Positions 25,589-38,569 of a DNA stretch of 64,000 nt are shown here, in pieces. The stretch comes from Camelus dromedarius (taxonomy: Eukaryota): NCBI RefSeq assembly GCF_036321535.1, contig NC_087437.1:42720001-42784000 (forward strand). The letters are read 5' to 3'. A program made the translations under genes and the position numbers. The notes under the pieces are model-generated. The model was not told the origin of the DNA, made no database searches, and saw nothing but the letters and a program-made list of their open reading frames with translations. Position 1 is the first letter of the stretch; each line of letters opens with the position of its first letter.

Positions 25589-27449
25589 CTGTAGGGGTAA
25601 GAAGAAGAAAAATAATTAAAACAAAATTTTGAAATTCCAATGTCTTTAGTATAGTCAGGCTATAGTCAAATTCATTTAAAATACTGTTGTATTTATTATA
25701 GGTATTCATAACCTTAAAAGTAAAACTGTATGTACATTATCTGCTGTTTTACTAAGGAAGTAATATGTTTCAGTCTCAAAACTTGCCAAGAATTTGTTGA
25801 AAACACATTTAGACAATGTCTTAAAAATAATCATCTATAGCTGAACAACATTGAGTGAACTTTTTTTTTATGGGGTGCCCAAATTCATCGAATAGGAAAA
25901 CGTTATACATAGCCACTGAGGACAAAAAAGACAAAATCTGACTCAATATTAATTTCCTCAGAAAGGCAGGTGGTCTAGAACTCATTATAAAATATACTGC
26001 TAACCTGCATAATAGACTTGGGAGTCTGAAGAAACCACAGCTGCTTCCTCTGAAAGGCTTCCAGAAATGTTATGAGCACAATGTTTCCTCAGTTTGTTTC
26101 TTCTATTAGAAATGAAAATCTTAAGCTTAAACAGCTTTAAAGGTAACCTCGTTCAGAACTGACTTGAAAGCATAAGAGCATGACCTTCACCTTCTCATTA
26201 AATGTGAAGCCATATATTTATCTTGAGTCCTACTGTATTAATATCTTTGTAGCAATGGTATCAATGTTGTACTGTTTGAAGATGAGGCACTTTCCTAAAT
26301 CACTGATGTTCAAAAATATAACCAACACTCTTTTGATTCAAAGGTTTCTGAATACTATTTTTGCTTCTAGATTAGTTTCAAAATACAAAATACGTTAAGA
26401 CCAAATAATTATGTAGTATATTTTGTTCCCATTTTTAAGACTCTTTCACCTATCATATTCTATCCTGGAAACAACTCTGTAGGATAAATAGGAATAACGA
26501 ACACATTTTTCAAAGAAACTAAGAAATAGAGGGGTTAAGTTGCTTATCCCAATTGGCTTTTGGTCATTAACAGAACCTGGATTCCTGTTTCCTCCCTGGG
26601 ACTTCCACTCACTAACTGTTAGCTTGGGGTACTTCCTCTAAAGCATGCTGTTCTTTAGGATGGCTAATAGGAGACTTACCTCAGAACGCAAAGAGAAGAG
26701 AAAATGCAAGAAAGAAGGGCTGAGTATGATAATAAGATAACGAAATGAAAGCTAACATTATTCTTTCTTCTCTTTCATTTTTCTACCACAGGGACAGTGC
26801 CTGAGTCAAGATAATAAAGTCTTGGGAAGTTTCTCAAAACTTACAATTTTGTGGATGTTGTTGATTATTTTCATTTGTTTGCTTGCAAGACAGGTTTGCC
26901 CTAGAAAAACTTTTAAAGACTGTGAAATTTGACCCAGTAATACTTAAGGAAAGTAAAGGAAGAAACAAAACTGTACATGAGTCTAACCTTTGAGGCACTT
27001 TCTTCCTCCTACCATTGTATATTTGTGTCATCAGAAAAGGTTTAGGTCAAATGTGGACATAAAAAATCTACTATGCTGACCTATATTATCTCATAAGAAA
27101 GATCGAATTCCAGTAATTCCAATAACAGCTATCTTGGATGTTAATTTGCAAAAGTTGAATACCAGAAAAATATTTCCCTAGTGATTTATACTGGTGTATT
27201 AGAGTTTTATGTCTATTGTGGGGGGAACAATACCTCAAAGATTAAAAATGTTTCCAGTTTATGTTATGCTCAGTATTGAAGAAGATAGTCATGACTGGTT
27301 ATCTTAAGACCCATCAGCACAGCTTTACTTCAGGCAAGACCCTGTTTCCTTTTCCTCTCTTGGATTCATGGTTGGCATCCAATATATCGCTTGGATCACT
27401 AAGGTGGCTACTTAGAGTAGTGAGGGAAAAACTATCTTGACGATCACTC

Positions 27450-27900
27450 TATCTTATTGTTGCTCTTATGCCACATATGATTTGGTTTGAGTAAAAGTCA
27501 GCTTCAGTCTTTGAATTACGATCTCCAGTGGATGGACACTCAAGATATACATCTACACCAATAGGTTTCTTTCAGTAGCAGAGATGCAGAAATGGAATTA
27601 GCATAACTTCAACACCCAACATGTATAGTTGAAATTTTGAGTAAAGTGTATGTACCACAGTGGCTAAGTTCCAGATAAAACTTGACTCTTATGAATACTA
27701 TAGAAATTATATTTATGTCCTCTTTGTCCAATACTATCTGTGAAGCAGAAGAGACATGAAGCTCTTGAAACTTGTTCAAAGCTCAAAATATCTGATTTTA
27801 AGGATCTCTGATTCATATTTGTTCTTACTGTCAACTTCAAAAATATAAACAGGAAATGTGGGTAAGCTGTTTCAAAATTTTCATGGTATCCCCCCTAGAT
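27450..27900 (+). mobile_element. Possible degraded hAT (Charlie) transposase C-terminal remnant
   Basis: tttgtccaatactatctgtgaagcaga resembles the coding sequence of the hAT dimerisation-domain motif (FxTTYLCExxFS); heavily decayed. Confidence 0.3.
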
Positions 27901-30599
27901 AATTTTTCTAAACTCTCTCTCTGCTTCAAGCACCAGAGGCTAAAACGTGTCAGAATATCTGTAGTTGGTTGTAGTTAGTATCATTCTTAATGTCTACAGC
28001 AGCATTACGTCTCTCTTCTGTATTTCTTTTCATATCTCTGGAACACGTAAACTTATCTTCACAACCACTAATTTTGGGACTCTCCCTCACTCCCTCTACT
28101 CCGCCCTTTCTCTGCCTATTTTCCCTTCACATTCCCCTACTTCAGTCTTCCTGCCAGTTGTCTGTACCCCCCATCCCAACAGCACACATTTTTCTTTTCA
28201 AGAAAGAAAATTTTATTGCTTTTCAGAAACAAGCTTCTGACTGTTTTTTCATTAGCTCTTAAAGCTCTCTATAGAAATTGTAATTTTGTTCTTCAGTGAA
28301 GTTCTTTTTCATAAGAAACAATAATAGAGGGTGAAAAGGTGTACCTGGTGTATAGAGCAATCAGAGGGAAAATATTTGTAAGCAGATGTTTCGTTTTCAA
28401 ACATCTGGAAGAGCAATTATTCTAAATTTGTCTAAGAAACACGTAATTCAGGTCCCCTCAGAAAAACCAGAATAAATATTCTGTCTAAAAGTGGCCTAAA
28501 TGTATAGGCAGAAAAAGCATGGCCAAACCCAACCAATATTTTTTCATGTTGGTTCCAAAGCAGGTGACTTCAGCTTCAGTTTTAGAGCCTGTTCTTAATA
28601 AAAAATTCTTGCGTGTCTACAGAAGAGTTATGAAACTGCTCACTTACAGCTTTTAAAAAAAATTATACAACTCCATTTAAATAATACGGAATTTAAGGCC
28701 TTTCACCAGCTCGCCCAATGTGTGTTTCCAGACTTATTTAGCACTCCTTCTGTAAACTGCTCTGAAGTCAAGCTGAACCTCTTGTTACTTCCAAAAGATA
28801 ACTTATTTTCAGTCTGTCTGCTAAGAATTCTCTGTCTTCCTGTTTTCCACCCCATTCTACTTGGCCAGCCCTCGCCAGAGGTTATCCATCTCTCCCTCCT
28901 TGGAGCACTGACGGCATTTATAGTCCTTATTTTCTACATTGCAGTTATGCATGAATGACTTATTTTTTCCAATAAGCTTCCTGAAAGCAGAAATATGCTC
29001 TACTTATCTTGACATTAGTTCAGTGCTTTGCAGAGTCGACATTCAATAGATGCCGATCAATATGGATACTGTGAATCAAAGGCTAATTTAAACAATTTAA
29101 GAGAAACAAAATTGGATTTTTCTAAAGGTATGGCTTTTTTAACTTTGTGAGAGTTGTTTCTGAGGTGTTTTGCTAGATTTTGTTTGGTTTTGTTTTAAAT
29201 TTGGTCCTGGGTAAAGTACATTTTCTTCTTTGATAGTTCAAGTGAATCATCTACCAACTAGATTTAAACTATCAACCTCTTCAGTTTTTTTTAGTAGTCA
29301 AGTTGATTAACATGACATTAGTCAGTGTTCCTGAGGTGCTGAGTTACACTTTAATCATTACTTCAATAAAAATACATTCAGAGAAAACTATTAGACAGTC
29401 ATTATGTATGACAAAGAGGTATTCACTGATAACATTCTGTAAAAATGCCCAATCTTTAATTTAGAAGACTGTGAAATTGATTTCCTCGTAGAGGCATGCC
29501 TTAAAAAAAAAGATCTCCAGCAAATATTGATATAAAACATTAGAACAATCTTGAAGGTTTTATAACAAATGCAGGTAATAGAAACAAAAAGAGGTTAATG
29601 TTCAATCATTTCCACAGGGGCAGCCTTTTAAAATTTATTCAGTAGATCTTCAACACACTTATTTTTTTCTGCAAGCATTTTTTATCAAGCATTCTCTTTT
29701 ATGTGGGAGATTCTGTTGCTTTGTAGATACAATCAGTGGTTTGCATGTCTATTAGTATGACACATTTTTATTAGCATTTTGATGGAAATAGGCAGCTCAA
29801 ACATGGACAATTCAGAAAAAGAGAATCCTTCAAAATTTGCTCTCTGAAACTTTCAACATCACAGTTGCTATGGTTTTCTTTCTTAAAAAAAAAAAAAGAA
29901 AGAAAGAAAAGGATCTAATTTTAACTTGCTGTTAAATGTAACCAGAGAGACATTATGAGGAAAAACATCTTACTTGTTAGTCCATGAGTGCACCTTGATA
30001 TTTTTGAAAACACACTACAAAATATTTCTTCAATCGAATAATCATTTATTGAACACCTGCCACAAGAAATGTACTGTGTTATGTGTTATAAAGAAAACTA
30101 AGGATGACCAAGATAGGGTTCTTGGCATTTTAGAGCTTATAGCTGGGGGTAAGGGTGTGGGGTGGGGAGAGGGATGTATAGATAAATAGCTTTGTACAGA
30201 GAAGACATTCTCTTACAAGATAGTGAACTGCTGGAGAGGCAGAAATGCTTCGCAGTCCTTTTTCTATACTGATGGCTAGTTCCTTCAGAGCCTGGAACGT
30301 AATGGGCCCTCAGTACACGTTTGTTATTCAAATGAGTGTATGGCTGTGTTGAGGACTATGGTAGGAATAATGAACATGCTTCTGTGGGGACATGGGATTG
30401 ATGCAGTTTCAAGAGATCTACTTTTTAGAAGAGGCAGAATGAGAGGTGTCCCTATATAAGCAGTTTTTCTTCTCTTTTATCCAAGTATCCATAAGGAATA
30501 TTTCACCATTATCAGAAGGGAGAATGAATTAGGCTCACAATGCTTATTAAATACAAAATAAAACATACTGTGAAGTATTATATGAATAATAATAAAAGC

Positions 30600-30810
30600 C
30601 AACAGTTACCCCCAGTGTGCAAAGTTATCTCACTGGATTATTCCATTTGTCTCTCACAACAACTCTTTTGCATAAATATTATTACCCTTATTTTACTCAT
30701 GAGGAAACAAAGAGATTAAACAACTCAAGGGGTCACCATGAGAATTTTACCAGACCTAAGACTTGAACTTGAGACATTCGCTGTCAAACTGTGTACTTTT
30801 TGGACCATAG
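30600..30810 (-). mobile_element. MIR
   Basis: tctcacaacaactct...attattacccttattttactcatgaggaaac...acttgaactt. Confidence 0.75.
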
Positions 30811-31419
30811 GATAATAAATTCCTCTGCACTGCACTGCCATCGATTGGGATTTCTATTTTCCCTTCCTTCAAAAAACATTTTTTAAATTTAATAACTAGG
30901 TATTCAACTTTACGGCTGTTTTATTGGGTGGGACTCCTTTTTAAATGTTAACAAAATTAATTGGCAATTTATGGTTAACAAGTTTATGGATTAAATTTGT
31001 TCAGAAAGACATATTTTAGGTGGTTTTTTTTTTTTTTATAAGATCTTTAGTTGCAAGTGTAAGGATGATCCTTACATTTCAGAAGTCTAAATTCAAAAGA
31101 AATAATGTGTATATAAAACTTCCACATGAGCGGATTCCAGGTATTTCAAACTTGAAATTGCCAAACCATCTACTGATCACTAAGTCACTAAATGGGAATA
31201 ATGGCATCAAAGCAACTGTACTTCTTTGTGCCTGGTACAATGTGAACATCTGCTACAGTGCATCGGAGAGCACGTTAGAAAGGTGCCTACAATGTGGTAT
31301 TGCATAGTGGAAAGAGCGTTTAGTTTGGAGTTGCAAGAAATAAGAATGATTGGATACATGAGAATCATGTGAGAATCAAACGAGATAATTTATGTAACAG
31401 CACATAAATTAATAGAGGT

Positions 31420-32980
31420 GAGGTCAGTCACACAAGCAGCCTCCTTGTACATGCCTCCACTCTTTCAAAGCCGAGATCCTTTTGTCTAGATCCCACATCT
31501 CCATCCTCTCATCCACTATGCTCCTGCAGTTGTCATATTTCCTTTGCACCTCTTCCTCACCTGATTAATCCTGTTAATGCACACACAGATCTAGCAACCT
31601 TTTAAGAAAAACAAGCAAGTAAGCTCCCTTGCCTCCACATTGCCTTCCTGCTGCTCTCCCGTACTGCTGCTCCCCTCCCACGCAAAATGACTGGAAATAA
31701 TTTTTCTATTCTTTGTCTCCAATTTTTCATTGCATATTCTCTTCCCATTCACTCTTCAGGCTTCAGTCCCTCCTGTTCCATGAAGACTGCTCTAACAAAG
31801 ATCAGCAGTGACTGTCATGTTGCCACCCCTAGGCTCTCATCTGCCAGACCTGTAGGCAGCATTCTTCACAAGTGATGCTCTCGTTAGTGGAACATTATCT
31901 TCTCACCTTCTATGGCATCGTGCTCTTCTTATTTTCCTATTATTTCATTGGCCATTCATTCTCCGTCTGCCTCTTCTGTTACACCCAACAGCTGGAGCCA
32001 CTTCTTTCTCCACCTATATTCTCAGGTTAGGTGATCTTGTCCAGTCCTATAGCTTCAAACACTGTCATGTGCTCTTCACTCCCAGTGTTACAACGCCAGC
32101 CCTTATAATACACCCAGAAATTCACAATTGTATACTCCAGTGTCTATGACATCTCTGCTTGGATTACCTAATATGCATCTTAAAATGAACAAGCTCAAAA
32201 CAGGTCTCTTAAACCTCATCTTATCCTAAATTGCCCATCTCTCAGTCTTCTCCATTCCAGTTGGCCAGGCTAGAACTTTACAAATTATCTTTGGTTCCTT
32301 TCTTTTTCTTAATTTCATCCTCCAATCCATCATGAGATCCTACTGACTTTTTCTTTCAAAGGTCTACCTCTTCCTATATCCATAGTGATATCCTCCAGGC
32401 CCATGATCTCCTGCCCAGATTATTGCAATTGTTTTCTCACACACAGCAGCCCGAGTCATCCTTTTAAATGAAAATCAGATCCTCCCATGTTCTTGCTTAA
32501 AACCTTTAAATGGCTGCCCATAGAACGTAGAATAGAACACAAATCCCTTATGCCTCTGCCCCCTCTGAAAGTTCATCATGTTTTGCCTTCTTTGTCTATT
32601 ATGTTCCAGCCACCTGGCTTTGATTCTGTTCTGCTAATTTAACAAGTTCGTTCCCGCTTGGGAGCCTTTGCACCAGTTGGCTTAGAATGTTCTCTCTACT
32701 GTCTTTCTCACGGTATTCGGCTCATAGCTTAACATGTCTGTTCCTAAGGAAACTTTCTCCTATAATTTAAAGTAACTATCCCCAGTCATGTATCTATTTA
32801 AAGTCTATTTGAAACCATACCGCTCATCACAGATAAATTTACATATATGTATTTCATTTGTATCTACCTTTCTCTACCAGAATATAAACTCACTGAGAGA
32901 ATGAACCATGTATGCCTAATTCACTGTGTTATATCCAGAATGGGCTTGACATACAGTAACTACACAATAATATTTGTTGA
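31420..32980 (+). mobile_element. L2 (RT region to 3' end)
   Basis: ORF fragment HSSGFSPSCSMKTALTKISSD resembles the L2 RT motif (QSGF..HSTETAL.K...D). Typical L2 3' end cttgacatacagtaactacacaataatatttgttga. Confidence 0.85.
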
Positions 32981-34099
32981 CTGGACATTTTGGTTGAAAG
33001 TTACCTAAATATAAGCTAGCTTTTGCAAGTTGACTTCCCTGCAGAAAACTTCTCCAGATTCTATGGCATCCTTATTCTTTATTTCTTTTTTTTTTTTTTC
33101 TGTTTTTATTCTTTGCTACTCTAAGTCGACAATATTTATGATGCACCTATCCTGCTCTGTTTTATTTTAGTCTTTGTTAGGGAGTAAATTATTTCTCTGA
33201 TTCTTTGTTAACATAAAGTGTGGCTCATTCAGAACCAAAAGGGTCAGAAAAATCAGAATTTGGGGGAGAAGTGATAATGATACAGCTTGGTATCTTTACA
33301 AGTGTGGTCCATGAGGATACAATGGTACTTCTGTAAAATCCAATCTAATTTGATTGTAAAAAAAATAACTCATGTGGTGTTGGGGGGGAGTATGAGGATA
33401 GGGCAAATCGTGTTTCTGTGTACTTCAGAGACCTTTGACTACATTTCTTCTTGAAACATACATGCAATCAGCTTGCCAAATTCATTGGCATCCTGAGAGA
33501 AAGTTCTGCATCTTTGCAAACATTGCTTTGTCCTTCTGTAAAGGTAATCCAAGTCTCTGTTTACTTAAGAGGCAGGGACTATGCAGCTGTGTAAAGAAAA
33601 AAAAATTTCCCTCTAACTTTGGCCAACTCTTCAATTCTGTTGATATAGTCTTTACTTATTAGACTTTAATATTTTATTTCTTAAATTATAACTCAGAATT
33701 GTAGAAGGGCAGAGATGGAGAAGTTTCCCAATAAACTCTAATCTAATCTTCTCAGTTTGCTGATGAAGAAATGGAGTCTCCTGCAGGTGAAATGACCTGC
33801 TCATGGTCACACAACACATCAGTGCTTTCAGCCACATCTTGCAGCTTTCCGAATTCTTGCTATCTCACTCCACTGCCTCCACCATAATGCACAAGGTAAA
33901 TGGTTATCACAATTGCAATTTTCAAATGAAGAAACATATATTGAGCAGTCTAGTGCTTTATTTGCAGAAAGTCATACAATTAATGAACGGTAACCATGAA
34001 GATTTCTTATTCTTTGACTTACCCTTTAAATTCTTAAGTGTTCTCAAAAATGTTTTAAAGTTATGTCTTTAAACTCAGAGGTGGGAAATGAATCCTTAA

Positions 34100-35040
34100 A
34101 ACAAACCAATGAACTTTTTTTGGCAATAATTTAAAAAATGCAGACCAGTTGTAAGAATATCGAAAATTTTCAATTGCCCTTTACCCATATTTACCAGTTT
34201 TAAACATTTCCCCCACATTTCTAATTCTCTCCCTAATGTATGTAGTGGAGACAGGTAATAGAGAGGCACACACACATACACATATACATACATTTATATT
34301 ATTTATTCTTTTCGGAGTCATTTGTCAGCATGTTGCATGCATCATATCTCATCACCTTTTATTACTTCAGTGCACATTTGTTAAGCTCAAGGATATTTCA
34401 CTTATGTAACACAAAACAGTTATCAAATCTAGGGATGTTAACATTGATACAACACTATTGCCTAATCTACAGTTCCTATTCCAATTTTGTCAGTTGTCTT
34501 GATAAGATCCTTTTAGTACTTTTTCCCTCCAGTATAAGATCCAGTCCAGGATAATGTGTTGCATACAGTTGTGACGTCTACTTAGGCTGTTTTACTCTGA
34601 AACAGTTCCTCTGGCTTTCTTTGTTTTCCAAGGTGTTGGCTTTTTGAAGAGTATGAGCCAGCTCTTCTGTGGACTCTACCTTGATTTGGTGGGTAATGAT
34701 ACTTCCACAGCTTAGACTCAGGTTAAGCAGCCCTGGTCAGAATACTATAAAATGACGTTGCCTCTTTCTCAGGGTATCACATTCAGAGGCGCACAATGTC
34801 ATCTGTCTTTCTTTGGTGATGCCAATTTTAATCACCTGGTCAAGCTGTTATCCAGTTTCTCTAGAGAAGGATTTCCATGATGCACTTTATCAGCAGTCTA
34901 TGGGGAGACACTTAGAACTTTGAGACCATGCAATTATTCTGCTCCTTATCAAACTTCCCTCTTTGATTTAGCATCCACTGGTGATTCTTGCTTGTACCAG
35001 TCTTAGCTATGATGACTGCAAAATGGTGATTTTTTCCCTT
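34100..35040 (-). mobile_element. Old L1 3' region (L1MC-like)
   Basis: acattgatacaacactatt...ccaattttgtcagttgtc...tcacctggtcaag...ctttgagaccatgcaattattctg...tttagcatccactggtgattcttgc. Confidence 0.8.
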
Positions 35041-35574
35041 TACAATTCACGGGATATTAGAATGCTCAGATGGAGGGTTGGTCACTCCTAAAGTATCTGA
35101 TACAATCATGTTTAGTCTGTCTTTTTCTGCAGTACTTTGTGGTTTTTGACACTGTGTGTTCCCCCCCCCCTTTTTTTAAAGGAAAACCTATACTTTCAAG
35201 AAACACAAATTAAGTGAAAGCATACTAAAAAATTTAAATAATAGACATTGCATTATTTTAAAACCGGCATTTTTAAGTATGAAAAATGAATTTTTAGCAA
35301 TAGAGAGGAATCACAGGGCACATCTACTTCAATTTCTTCATTTTAGAGAGGAGGGCGAGAGAGGACATAGCCCTATTTAGTGGTAACAGCACATATGAAG
35401 CTGGTGTAAAGGCTCTAGGTTCCATCATACCCACATTACTTTAAATGTAATCAGAACCAACTTGTTAAAAACATAGTGTCCTCATTAGCTGAAAGCAAAA
35501 ATTCATAGCATGAAGTGGGCAAATAAGGGTGGATTATACAGTAGTGATATTAATAAATCTACCTTAAGAATTCA

Positions 35575-35700
35575 TCAGTTCATTCAGTCATTCATTCACT
35601 GACTGACTATGTAGTGACTCTGTGTCATAACCTGTGTCTGCACTGGCATGCAGTGTTGACCCAGATATCACGTCTGCTCTCAAGGAGTTCACGGTTTGAT
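35575..35700 (-). mobile_element. L2 3' tail
   Basis: cattcagtcattcattcactgactgactatgt...ctgctctcaaggagttcac. Confidence 0.7.
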
Positions 35701-36479
35701 GGGCGATCCTACGCTAGTACGCATAATGCTCTTCTGAAGGCTCTGAGGTTCCAGGCCCAACAAATTTTGGTTCACTATATATAGGAATGATCATAGAAAT
35801 CTTCATATTTAATAAGCAGGAGGGCTGTATTAGAAACACAAGAGGTCCAAAGCATTAAAATGGTTACAGTGTATTATATGCACCACCTCCTGACTCTTCT
35901 ACTCCAACTCCCTAAAACAATACCAAACTATAAAATAGATTTTTTAAAGTTCAACAAGTTTCAGCTATTATGATAATTACCTTTTTGGAAATATTAAATG
36001 CTAGATATTTCCGGAAAATTTTTTTTTGGTAATGCTACTTTGCTGGTGCCCTGAGAGGTCCAAGGTCACTCTACTCCAGGGGAGTCTGACAGAAGTGGTT
36101 GCCTGACCATGCTGACACCGAGCCAGTGCATTTGTATACTTTATTTTGCTGCGGTAAAACTGGTACCTGGGCTGGCACTGATGAAACAGTCTGACAGGAA
36201 GACAGGCTGCATTAGCTACTGATGCTTAAGGAACACTTTAAGGTCTATATGCTCACCTTCTCAGAAAAAGAAGTTTATAAGAATGAATTATTATTAGACA
36301 TTCATTCATCCATTTAGTATACAAACACTGGTTGAATTCCTACTGGGTGAAAATGCTGGGTTCTTTCCGGGGGGATTATAAGGATGAATTAAATGGATAG
36401 TGCTTCCCAGGAGCCTGGGAGTAAAAGCTCAGAGCTGCTATCCGTCTTTCCTGGGAGGGTGTTCCAAGCTCAAGAATTG

Positions 36480-36720
36480 AAGTAGCATAATAGACAGGAC
36501 GTGTGTTTTGGACTTGAAGAGATATGAGTTCAAATCATAACTCTGTTTCTTCTTTGCTAAGGAGCTTTCAGTAAGTTAATTTACTTGGACAAATCTTGGT
36601 TTTCTCATCCAGTTCATTTCTCATAGGGATGATTGAAGGATTAACAAAAAAAAACATTTGTTAGAAACAAATGCATCATCTGGCATACAATAAATTCTCT
36701 ACAAAGGGTAGCTGTTGTGA
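36480..36720 (+). mobile_element. MIR
   Basis: gagttcaaatcataactctg...agtaagttaatttac...tttctcatc...tggcatacaataa. Confidence 0.65.
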
Positions 36721-38569
36721 TGGTAAATATATGATATATACTATGTCATGAACAAGTTATAAACATAACACCTATACATAAAGCATACTAATAGCATTTA
36801 ATAATTGGTGCTTTGCTTTACATTGTGAAACTTTGTTTATATGCACATGCATGCTCACATGCACAATCATTTTTCTTCTCAAATGTCAACAAATTGGCCA
36901 CTAAAATTTGCATAAAAATTGAATCTCAGGATATTTGTTCCCTGAGGATTTTGTGTCCTGGAGAACAACTGGCAAAATAGGAGAGCACCCATTGCAAGCA
37001 AGGATAGCTGATTCACTTTCCGCTGTTATCACGCATAACCAGTCAAGTAGTGCACAATCCATACAATGGGTGCACCATGGATGATGCATGAACAATTGAT
37101 ATTCATCGCTCTTACCTCACAGGTAGAACCTAAGGCACAAACATGAGAGTGCTCCTAGATTCTTTTTCCCTGAGGCTCACCTGGATATTTATTTTCACCT
37201 AAGATCATTATAAATCTCTAAAGTATGTTTTCGGGTGGGGTAGAAACAGGTAGAGGGTGAACATACACATCTCCTAATCTCCAAACATATTGTGTAATAG
37301 AGTTACCACTGTTGCCATTTTATTATTTTCTAGTATGTTTACAATACATTTTAACTTAATAATTCCTAAGCTGTCTTTTCTTTTAGAAGTTGAAGGAAAA
37401 GGGTCATTTTTAAGAAACTGTTGGATAAGATTTTTTGTATTATTTGGCTAAGGATTAATGGCACAATGTTGTATGCGCTTACCATGGAACCTGGCAGAGA
37501 AGAGAAAGAGAGAGAGGGAGTTAAAAAGAGGTTGAGAGAAAGGATTAGGAGATAAACAATTTATCTTTCTGTGCTTGCCAAGCCATTTTACATCATAAAC
37601 ATCTGAGCCAAAAGTAGGGTTTACCTGATTTTTTACAAGTGTTTTAGTTTGATAATTTACTAAAGATAGTGTAATTATGAAGTACTTTCAAATGGAACTA
37701 TGTAGATCTTGTGTATACTTGCTTATGTTTTTTTTTTCTCACCAATGACTCATATTTAATTTGACTTCATTGCCCCCTTCTTGAAGCCAGTGGGCCCAGT
37801 TTGTACACCTGTGAGCTATTGTTGGCTGCTGCCCTCCTTCCCAGTGAAATGTGCAAAGCAATAAGCATCATGTATCCTCTCGTCATCCCTCCAATATCCC
37901 TCTGCCTCTGGCTCAGGTTGCTCAAAGCACAGATTCTCTCTTACCCCCATCCCCAGTTTTGAAACACATAGCCTCATGCCAAGGCATAGCCAGCTTCCCT
38001 CTACTTTCCTCTGGGATATAAGTGGGTAAGGGGGCAAAGAGAGCACCCCCACCCCTGACCCCGGGTCTCTCCTCCCATCCATGCTACACTGCCCCTTCTC
38101 CCTCCATCAAAAATAAAATCAGTAGAGAAAAATAATAATTTAACTTTTACTTCTATAGTTTTTGTACTATTATTTGAAGACTTCTTCTGAATCTTTTTCT
38201 AGTATAACTAATGATACTTGTTTTACAGAAATGTGTTTGTCTGTGGGAGAAATTGATTTTGGAATTAAGATAGAGGAGATATCAAAATAGTTTTGAAACA
38301 TATTTTTTATTTTTTCAATCAGATTTCAATTACCTTTAATGAAGATTTACAGGTTTACAGAGTTGAAAAATATGTAAAACTGATTGTGTAATCACCCACT
38401 AATATTTTCCCAGTTGATCTCAGAAAAAGAGAACCATGAAATCAAAGAATTTCTTGGAGAAAAAAAAAGTTTTGATGCATATCAAACTTTAAAACAAAGC
38501 CATACTTTTAAAATTACTATTTTGAGAATTTGAACCTGCCAAAATATATCATTCAAACAATTCAGTTAC

